This document shows positions 1 to 7,112 of a stretch of 64,000 bases of DNA, one piece after another. The DNA is from an uncultured virus (IMG/VR IMGVR_UViG_3300020200_000019) (lineage: Duplodnaviria; Heunggongvirae; Uroviricota; Caudoviricetes): the IMG/VR virus record IMGVR_UViG_3300020200_000019. One strand, given 5' to 3'. A model generated the notes under the pieces. That model was not told where the DNA came from, made no database searches, and was given only the letters and a program-made list of their open reading frames with translations. A program made the position numbers and the translations under genes. Numbering within the stretch: position 1 is the stretch's first letter; the number at the start of each line of letters is the position of its first letter.

Positions 1-132
1 CTGGCGAGCTTCGTGGTATGCGAGGCGTGCGGCGGGAAGGGGTGGGTACCGAAGGGCAAGCTCCCGAAAAGCGCGCAGCCCCCCAAGCCAGAAAGGCGCG
101 CAGCCCCCTCGAAGAGGATCGAGAAGAAGTAG
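1..132 (+). CDS. 3' end of a gene truncated by the window edge, with a CxxCxGxG (DnaJ-type Zn finger) motif
   Basis: Frame 1 reads ...VVCEACGGKGWVPKGK...IEKK to TAG at 130-132. Confidence 0.5.
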   Translation: MASFVVCEACGGKGWVPKGKLPKSAQPPKPERRAAPSKRIEKK

Positions 133-135
133 CCC

Positions 136-151
136 CCGACCACATGGCCGC
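136..151. promoter_or_regulatory. 16-bp palindromic motif copy
   Basis: CCGACCACATGGCCGC, 3 nt after a stop codon. Confidence 0.6.
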
Positions 152-241
152 ACGTCAAGCAGCCCTCGCAGATCGCCGTTAACTCCCAACAACCCCTTCC
201 CAGCCCCGTGGCGCAACGCTTCACCATGGAGAGAGGGAGAT

Positions 242-466
242 GTGGCGGGAGGGTTCCCTGCCCGGGTAGGAGTGCTTTCCTTCCCGAGCTTCTGTTTCCT
301 GCTGGTGCCCTTCCTGTCCATCCTGTTCCTCGTCTGCGGTTGGTGCGGGTGGGGGCGGAAATCCCGGCCGATGCCCGACCCCGCTCCCACGGTCGGGCGG
401 CCCCTCTCGTTCATGCAGCGTGGCTCATGGTTGCTCCCTTTTTCCGACGGACCTCTAAAAACTTGA
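242..466 (+). CDS. Possible small membrane protein
   Basis: Purine-rich SD-like run before GTG; hydrophobic stretch FCFLLVPFLSILFLVC; no family recognised. Confidence 0.25.
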   Translation: MAGGFPARVGVLSFPSFCFLLVPFLSILFLVCGWCGWGRKSRPMPDPAPTVGRPLSFMQRGSWLLPFSDGPLKT

Positions 467-768
467 CAGGCTCCAAAGGCCCTGCTTGGATCGGCGGGGC
501 CTGGGCGGTCCGTGAGCTAGTGGTGGTACGGTCCGCGCAAGGCCATAAAACTACACAGGAACCGGAAAAGTACGCAACTGGTTCTCAGGGTGGGTTCGAT
601 AACATCGCGCAAATAATCCTGATGGATTAGATACTTACCGATTTCTGCTTGACAGGGAGTGAGCGGTCGGGTAGTTGTCGGCAGCGTAGCTGAAGGGCGG
701 ACCGAAGAAGGTTCGGACCGAAAACGACCTGAAACCTGGAGCGCGTCCAGGACGGGGTAGCCCTGGCG

Positions 769-880
769 CTCCGAGCGACGTTTCGAGGACGTGTCGGGAA
801 AAGCTGGGTTGGCTGAAACCAGCCAGGGCCAGGCCAATCCGGCACGCGCTCCCGACACGTCCTCAAAGCGCCGCTCGGAG
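769..880. repeat. 31-bp imperfect inverted repeat (long hairpin) upstream of the initiator gene
   Basis: ctccgagcgacgtttcgaggacgtgtcggga (769-799) versus tcccgacacgtcctcaaagcgccgctcggag (850-880), 3 non-Watson-Crick positions. Confidence 0.85.
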
Positions 881-1000
881 GTGTCCTTTGTGCTTTCGTC
901 GGCGATCTCATCGATCCTTCCCCCGATCCTCCTCCCCGCTCCCCCGATCTACCCGATCCTCCTCGACAACCCCCATCCCCTCCCGCGCTAGGAGCCTCCA

Positions 1001-2743
1001 GTGTCCTTGTCGAACATCTCAACCTTCGTCGATCCCGCCCTCTACCCAGGACCCTTCGTCCGCCTCCCCCTCTGGGTCTTGCGTGTCCCCAACCGCTTCC
1101 TGAGCGCCGCCGACAAGTTCCTGTTCGCGCGCCTCTTGGCCTACTGGGGCCGGAACCGCAAGTGCTACCCGTTCCAGCACACCCTGGCGCGGTTACTGGG
1201 GAAAACCACCCGAAGCGTCAAGCGGGGTATCGCTCGGCTGGTCAAGGCGGGCCTCATCGAGATCTTGCCGCGCCACCACACCAACGCCGCGAACCAGTAC
1301 CGCTTCCTCGCCCACGAATGGATGGGGAACTCGGTTCCCCCGCGCCTCAACCTGCCAAACCGCGACCCGAAGAAGCCGGTGGTGGTGGACCCGTACCAGA
1401 CCAAGTGGACCTTCGTAGCCGTCCCCTGCTGGGTGTTGGAGTACGACCACCAAGCCCTACAGTGGGGTACCAAGTCGGTATTAGTAGCCCTACTAGGACG
1501 TTGGGGCCGTGGTACGGCGTCCCGCCGCCTGTGTTACCCCACGCAGGAGTCCCTAGCCCTGGACACCGGCCTGAGCCGGAAGGAGGTCGCCAGAAACCTA
1601 GCGGTGCTCGAAAGGGGGGGCTTGCTGTACGTGGCACGCTCCGAGAACACGTTCCAGGGGAACAGCTACCTGTTCCCGCAGCACGCGGTTTGGGGGAGAA
1701 CCCCGGAGTGGGAGGTTTTCCAACAGCAGGAGGGGGTTGGTGGGGAGGGGGGTCAGCTTTCGTTTGCTTGGGACACCTGCGTCCCCTGGCTTGGGACATC
1801 CCCGTCCCACCTAAACAGAACTGACCAAGAGGGAGATCACATCCTCCCTTCGGTCGGATGTTCTCTCTCCTCTTGGTCAGATCAGCCAGAAGAGATCAGA
1901 TCTGAGCGTGCTTCGCACGCACAACATCCCACGGAGGGCGCTTCGCTTGAAGGAGCAGGAGGTGGGGATGTGGTCGCAGTAGTAGTACCTGATACGACCT
2001 ATAGCCAGAACACGCGGCCCATGATACAGGCTCAAGCCCAAGCTGTAGCTGTACTGGTAGCTGCCGCCACAGCTACGTTCTCCGAGCCGGAGTCGTGGTC
2101 CGTGTTCGTACCCGGAGCCTACCAGGAGGGAACGATGCCGGACCACGACCGCCTGAAGGCTGTCATGGCGGCGGACGCTGCCGGAGCCGAGAAGTCCAAG
2201 ACCAGCCTTCTCGCCAAGAACGCCAAACAGGCCGCCAAAGCGTCCAAGAACGCTTCCAAGGCATCGGAAAGCTCCCCGGAGGGGGAAACCCCCTGGAAGC
2301 CCGGCAAAGCGTCTGGGAAGGCTCCCGTGGAGATTCTGAAGCTCGAAGCCTCCTGGCACAAGCGCCTCTCCGACCTCCTCCCCGGCTACGAGCCGGTGCC
2401 GTGGGCCGGGCCGGAGTGGGGGCAGGCACGCTCACTCCTGGTCCGGTATCCCCTGTCCAAGCTGGAGAGGCTGCTGGACTACGTGTTCGGGAACTGGGGG
2501 CACATCAACCAGACCCGTTTCAAGGGCCTACGCACGGCCCCGGAGTTGGGCATGGTGCTCTACCTCCACTCCGCCTTGGACCAGGAGAGGTTCGTGTGGG
2601 AGGACTACGCCAAGGTCAAGGCCGAGGTGGACGCCTGGTACGCGAATAACCCCAACGCCTTCGCTCCGGCCTCCCTCCACGCCAAGCTGGACGCGGCGAA
2701 GGCTAAGGTGCCGTGGCTTCAGAACCAGAAGGGGGCCAAGTGA
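1001..2743 (+). CDS. Replication initiator-like protein with two tandem helix-turn-helix domains
   Basis: Duplicated motifs CYPFQHTLARLLGKTTRSVKRGIARLVKAGLI and CYPTQESLALDTGLSRKEVARNLAVLERGGLL, typical of phage replisome-organiser HTHs; SD aggag; directly followed by a DnaC-like loader. Confidence 0.8.
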   Translation: MSLSNISTFVDPALYPGPFVRLPLWVLRVPNRFLSAADKFLFARLLAYWGRNRKCYPFQHTLARLLGKTTRSVKRGIARLVKAGLIEILPRHHTNAANQYRFLAHEWMGNSVPPRLNLPNRDPKKPVVVDPYQTKWTFVAVPCWVLEYDHQALQWGTKSVLVALLGRWGRGTASRRLCYPTQESLALDTGLSRKEVARNLAVLERGGLLYVARSENTFQGNSYLFPQHAVWGRTPEWEVFQQQEGVGGEGGQLSFAWDTCVPWLGTSPSHLNRTDQEGDHILPSVGCSLSSWSDQPEEIRSERASHAQHPTEGASLEGAGGGDVVAVVVPDTTYSQNTRPMIQAQAQAVAVLVAAATATFSEPESWSVFVPGAYQEGTMPDHDRLKAVMAADAAGAEKSKTSLLAKNAKQAAKASKNASKASESSPEGETPWKPGKASGKAPVEILKLEASWHKRLSDLLPGYEPVPWAGPEWGQARSLLVRYPLSKLERLLDYVFGNWGHINQTRFKGLRTAPELGMVLYLHSALDQERFVWEDYAKVKAEVDAWYANNPNAFAPASLHAKLDAAKAKVPWLQNQKGAK

Positions 2744-3411
2744 GGGACTACGCCTTCCGGGACCAGCCCCGGCTCCTGGAGGAGCGGGACAAGCACCGCG
2801 CTCGTGTCCCCTCCCTGCTCTGGGAGTGTACGGGGGGATCGAAGCTCTGCTTCGACGAGGTGTCGCTTCCGGTCCGGGCTCTCCTTCGGGCCTACGCGAA
2901 GGACTTCCGGCGCTACGCGCATCTCGGGCACGGCCTGTTGATCTACGGCCTTCCCAGCGTGGGAAAGTCGGTCGCCGCTACTCTCCTCGCCAAGGCCGCG
3001 ATCTCCTGGGGCGGTACCGCTCTCTTCACCTCAGCCTCCCGGATGCGGGACGCGATTCGTACCAACCAGATGTTCGACGACTCCTTCTCCTTCGCCGAAC
3101 GCGCGCAGAACGTGGACCTCCTCGTCCTCGACGACCTCGCCGCCTCCCACGCCACCCAACCCTACTTCGGGCAGGACGACCTGTTCAACCTGATCGGCTC
3201 CCGAGGTCGGGAGCGGTGCGTCACGGTGATCACGTCGTCGCTCCCGCTGTCCACCCTCCGTGATCTCTACCCGCGCCTCGGCTCCTTGTCGCGTTACGTC
3301 GTCCCGACGCACATGACGGGGCCGGACTGGAACAAGATCTTGTTGGATCGTCAGACGAAGGAAGCAGGGGATTGGGAGCGCGACCTCGACCAGGGACCCT
3401 TCGATGCCTGA
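2740..3411 (+). CDS. DnaC/IstB-like AAA+ helicase loader
   Basis: Walker A GLPSVGKS, Walker B LLVLDDL, VITSS; GTG 2740 overlaps the upstream TGA (GTGA). Confidence 0.85.
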   Translation: MRDYAFRDQPRLLEERDKHRARVPSLLWECTGGSKLCFDEVSLPVRALLRAYAKDFRRYAHLGHGLLIYGLPSVGKSVAATLLAKAAISWGGTALFTSASRMRDAIRTNQMFDDSFSFAERAQNVDLLVLDDLAASHATQPYFGQDDLFNLIGSRGRERCVTVITSSLPLSTLRDLYPRLGSLSRYVVPTHMTGPDWNKILLDRQTKEAGDWERDLDQGPFDA

Positions 3412-4708
3412 TCTCGACGCATCCTTCGTCCGCTCCCTGGTCATGGGCGGACCCCCATCCTTGCGTCGGGCGATGGAGCGTGTGCAGCCTTCCGATCTGG
3501 CCGCCGACGGACCTGGCCGGAAAGCCTACGATTTCGTTCTCGGCTACTACAAGGCGCACCACAAACTCCCCTCCTTCCCGCTCATCCATTTCGAGACCGG
3601 GGTCAACCTCGATGGTCCCGACGCCGCCGAAACCGTCGTCGATGGCGACCCCAACCACTTCCTCGGCAAGGTGTTGGAGGCGCGGCTTCGGCTCGCCCTT
3701 CAGACCGGGGTGCCGAAGATCTTGGAGCAGGCCCAGAACAACCCGAACGCGGCGCTCGAATCGCTTGCTGCGCTGACTAGGGAGATCCGAAAGAACCACA
3801 CCGCAGGATCGACTATCTCGTACTTCCCCGACGTGGCGAGGTTGGCGTGGGAGCACTACCTGGAGAAGGAGTCGGGGAAGACCGGCATCCTGTTCCCGTG
3901 GGCGCGGGCCAACGACAGCACGCTCGGCCTCTGGCCGCAGGACTTGGCTCTGTTCGTCGCTCGCATGGGCACCGGCAAGTCCTGGGCGGCGGCGCTCATC
4001 ATCCGTCAAGCGTGGAAGGCCGGGCACCGGGTTCTCCTGGCGACGACCGAGATGCTTCCTCGCACGATGGCGGGCCGAGTCCTGTGCATCGAGCACGCGG
4101 TTCCCTACACGGACTGGGTGCGCGGCAAGCTCTCTCCGTTCGCGCGCGCCAAGCTGGAGAAGGGCATCCAGAATCTCGTCCAAGGGGACCAGTTCGCCTT
4201 CATCGGGGGTGACTTCGACTTCCGCCTTGACGCCTTCGAGGCGGCGATCGACGAGGCCAGTCCCGACCTGGTTCTTTTGGACGGGGCCTATCTCCTGCGG
4301 GTCGAAGGGAAGACGCGATCCGAGAAGGCGGCCAACGCCTTCGACGAACTGAAGCGCCTCGCGGCGCGGCTGAAGAAACCGATCGTCGTCACCATGCAGT
4401 TCAACCGGGAGGTGAAGTCGAACGATGCCGCTTCCGTCAAGGCCGAGTCCATCGCGCTGACCGACGTGGCGGGTTGGAACGCCGACATGATCTTCGGGAT
4501 GATCCGAACCGAGGAGATGATCGCAGAGAAGAGGCTACGCATCAAACCGCTGAAGACGCGAGAAGGGGAGGCGGAGGATTTCGACATCCGCTGGGACTTC
4601 CTGGCGATGGACTTCACGGAGATCCCGAAGGGTAGCGGGGATGTCGAAGAGGTGTTCGCCCCGGATCCGAAAACGGCCCCCCAGACGAACGAGGAGCCCC
4701 CCTTCTGA
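3404..4708 (+). CDS. dnaB: DnaB-like replicative helicase
   Basis: ARMGTGKS Walker A, TTEM, VLLDGAYL, QFNR, ADMIFG, KTREG motifs. Confidence 0.9.
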   Translation: MPDLDASFVRSLVMGGPPSLRRAMERVQPSDLAADGPGRKAYDFVLGYYKAHHKLPSFPLIHFETGVNLDGPDAAETVVDGDPNHFLGKVLEARLRLALQTGVPKILEQAQNNPNAALESLAALTREIRKNHTAGSTISYFPDVARLAWEHYLEKESGKTGILFPWARANDSTLGLWPQDLALFVARMGTGKSWAAALIIRQAWKAGHRVLLATTEMLPRTMAGRVLCIEHAVPYTDWVRGKLSPFARAKLEKGIQNLVQGDQFAFIGGDFDFRLDAFEAAIDEASPDLVLLDGAYLLRVEGKTRSEKAANAFDELKRLAARLKKPIVVTMQFNREVKSNDAASVKAESIALTDVAGWNADMIFGMIRTEEMIAEKRLRIKPLKTREGEAEDFDIRWDFLAMDFTEIPKGSGDVEEVFAPDPKTAPQTNEEPPF

Positions 4709-5076
4709 TGTCTGCTGCCTCGATTCCTCTCCTGGTCAAGCACTGAACCTACGCGGTCTATGTGGGGCGGTCGCTCCGCGTGCGCAGCAAGGAACGGTTC
4801 CAGCAGGCGTTTCAGATCTGCCGCGCCCAACTGGTTCGGCACGGCTACCTCCAGGTGGGTTCCGAAGATGGGGCGGGAGAAAAGATCAAGCTCACGCCCA
4901 AGGGGTTGCAACGGGAGCGAGAACATCGTCGAGAGGGTCCGCAGAAGGCCCGCGCCTTCGACACGCTCTACGCCTCTTTCATAGGGGAGCGAGAGAAGGG
5001 AAAGCCCGCGCCGAAGTCGGACCAACCGAAGTCGGACCAACCGACGCCGGACAAGTCTCCGGCGGGGAAGAAGTAG
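4708..5076 (+). CDS. Small basic protein; coupled ATG at 4708 but in-frame TGA at codon 13 (4744-4746); downstream open frame 4762-5076
   Basis: TGATG coupling to the dnaB stop; reads MSAASIPLLVKH*TYAVYVGRSLRVRSKERF...; C-terminal PKSDQ duplication (15-bp direct repeat, 5011-5040). Confidence 0.6.
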
Positions 5077-5079
5077 GAC

Positions 5080-6105
5080 GTGGACCATGACCATCTCGTG
5101 AAGTTTCTAGATCGGATCGGCTGTACGAAGATCGGGAGGAACGGCCCGCACTGGGTTCGGGCGCACTGTCCGCTGGCTCCGTGGACGCACAAGTCGCGGG
5201 CGGATCGCAAGCCCTCCTTTTCGGTGATGGTGGCGGCGGATCAGCCGTCGATGTGCCGGTGTCATGCGTGTGGTTTCAAGGGCACGCTGCTCATGCTGGT
5301 CCGGCGATGGGCGAAGCTCTCTGGGGAAGGGGACACGGCGCTGTACGATGTGCTCTACGACAGCGCCGTTCGTTACGATGTTCCCTCGCTGGCGGTGTTG
5401 AAGGCACGGGCGGAGAAGTTGGCGGTGGTGAAGCCTCCGGCGCAGGAGGTGGCGGGGATCGTGGTGCCGACCTGGCTGGCTGAGGATCCGGGTGGGGAGG
5501 TGCCCGATCTTCCGGCGCTTCCCGAGAACCTACTGGACCCCCTCCGGGAGCTTTCCCCCGAGGCTCGCGCCTGGTTGCACGCGCGGGGCTTGACGGACAA
5601 GACCCTGGCGACCTGGGAGGTGGGATGGTTGGAGGCGAAGCGTCGTATCGCCCTTCCGATCCGCGACCTGAAGGGCCGGTTGGTCGGCATCTCGGGGCGG
5701 TCTATCGACGCCTGGGAGACCCCGAAGTTCGTCCACGCGACCGGCTTTCGCAAGGACTTCTACCTCTACGGGGAGCACCTCATGGTCAAGGGGAGCCTCG
5801 GCTACCTGGTGGAGGGTTTCTTTGACGCGATGATGCTGTGGCAGCGGGGGTATCGTTCGCCGCTGGCCTTCATGGGGTCGAGCCTGGGGAAGGTGCAAGC
5901 GGAGAAGGTGGTGTCCAACTGCGAGAGTGTGGTGGTGGTGCGGGACGGGGACGAGCCGGGGAAGGAGATCGCGGTGCGGGTCGTCACTACGTTGGGTACG
6001 CGCATCACCACGCGCGTCCCTGAGATCCCGGAGGGAAAAGATCCTGACGATCTGACCCTGGACGAGTGCTACGACCTTCTCGGTCCTCCCCGCCTTCCTG
6101 CTTGA
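5080..6105 (+). CDS. dnaG: DNA primase (CHC2 Zn finger + TOPRIM)
   Basis: CPLAPWTH...PSFSV...CHAC Zn finger; LVEGFFDA and DGDEPG TOPRIM motifs. Confidence 0.92.
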   Translation: MDHDHLVKFLDRIGCTKIGRNGPHWVRAHCPLAPWTHKSRADRKPSFSVMVAADQPSMCRCHACGFKGTLLMLVRRWAKLSGEGDTALYDVLYDSAVRYDVPSLAVLKARAEKLAVVKPPAQEVAGIVVPTWLAEDPGGEVPDLPALPENLLDPLRELSPEARAWLHARGLTDKTLATWEVGWLEAKRRIALPIRDLKGRLVGISGRSIDAWETPKFVHATGFRKDFYLYGEHLMVKGSLGYLVEGFFDAMMLWQRGYRSPLAFMGSSLGKVQAEKVVSNCESVVVVRDGDEPGKEIAVRVVTTLGTRITTRVPEIPEGKDPDDLTLDECYDLLGPPRLPA

Positions 6106-6130
6106 CAACTGCTTTGTTGTTTGCTACCAT
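6102..6130 (+). promoter_or_regulatory. Sigma70-type promoter
   Basis: TTGACA-17 nt-TACCAT with TGn extension. Confidence 0.8.
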
Positions 6131-6204
6131 GTTCTATGGGTTCGGGCTGATGCCTTGATGAACCCGTGACCGTCAACCGGCGAGATCGCCAGAAGGAGTT
6201 GCAC

Positions 6205-7047
6205 ATGGGCCAGTGGTTTGAGACCGGGTTCTCAGGGGCCGATAGGGTGAAGCGGGAGCAGGAGGAGGGCTTCGGCCCCGACCGCTTCTGGGTGTCGAAG
6301 TCCCGCGAGGAGGGCGGGAAGATCGTCGGACCGAAGGAGTTCGTCTTCGTGGACGACGAACCGACCTGCATGTGGGAGCACAACCCGAAGATCAACAACA
6401 GCTTCAAGACCATCCTCACCTGCCTGCGCGGGGTCGAAGACGAAACCCCGTGCTGCGAGAAGCTGATCCGTCCCAACGGAGAGAGCGCCCGCTACTACGT
6501 CGGCTACTTCACGGTGGTCGATTGCTCCTCGTGGACGGGCAAGGACGGGAAGGTCCACCAGTACGAGATGCGGTTCTTTCCGGCAAAGACCGGGACCATC
6601 CTCAAACTGAGGATGAACCGCGTCGAGCGCGGTTCGCTCGCCTCCATCCTCTGGAAGGCCAAGCGGAGTCCCGGCGAGAAGGTGCCTCGCGTCGGCGACG
6701 AGTTCGAGTACGTCAAGCAGGTGGACATAGCGAAGCTGTTCTCGGTCGCCAGCTACAGGGGCCGCAAGATCTCCGACATCTTCGCTGAGGCGAACGCGAA
6801 CCCGACGAAGGAGGTCGGCACGAAGGACGACGGCTCGCCGCTCACGCTGCTGGACCGGGTGAAGGGCCTGTTCCAAGTCCACCTCGACGAGAACGGGAAG
6901 ATCCTCCCCGAGATCGTGCCCTTCAACTACGAGCGCCTCCTGCGCCCGCTCTCCCCTGACCAGATGAAGAAGCGCCTGATGGGGGTGAAGGTGGACGCGG
7001 ACGACCTCGACGACAAGAGCAGCGACGGGAACTCGGTTCCGTTTTAG
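6205..7047 (+). CDS. gp32-like single-stranded DNA-binding protein
   Basis: SD aaggag; H...C...CC putative Zn ligands; acidic tail DADDLDDKSSDGNSVPF; replication-module context. Confidence 0.7.
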   Translation: MGQWFETGFSGADRVKREQEEGFGPDRFWVSKSREEGGKIVGPKEFVFVDDEPTCMWEHNPKINNSFKTILTCLRGVEDETPCCEKLIRPNGESARYYVGYFTVVDCSSWTGKDGKVHQYEMRFFPAKTGTILKLRMNRVERGSLASILWKAKRSPGEKVPRVGDEFEYVKQVDIAKLFSVASYRGRKISDIFAEANANPTKEVGTKDDGSPLTLLDRVKGLFQVHLDENGKILPEIVPFNYERLLRPLSPDQMKKRLMGVKVDADDLDDKSSDGNSVPF

Positions 7048-7053
7048 GGTCTT

Positions 7054-7092
7054 GCGGAGGGGCCGTCCGCACTCCGAGCGGCCCCTCCGTTT
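7054..7092 (+). terminator. GC-rich hairpin, possible intrinsic terminator
   Basis: gcggaggggccg (7054-7065) pairs with cggcccctccgt (7079-7090), followed by a short T run. Confidence 0.55.
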
Positions 7093-7093
7093 C

Positions 7094-7109
7094 CCGCACA
7101 CATGGTCGC
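7094..7109. promoter_or_regulatory. 16-bp palindromic motif copy
   Basis: CCGCACACATGGTCGC, 3 nt before the helicase ATG. Confidence 0.65.
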
Positions 7110-7112
7110 AAC

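Noticed and set aside
208..991. Several overlapping short ORFs upstream of the initiator
   Set aside because: No motifs or codon bias; the region is better explained as regulatory
4744..4746. Genome-wide TGA reassignment
   Set aside because: TGA ends many genes with TGATG/GTGA coupling, and no other gene needed readthrough
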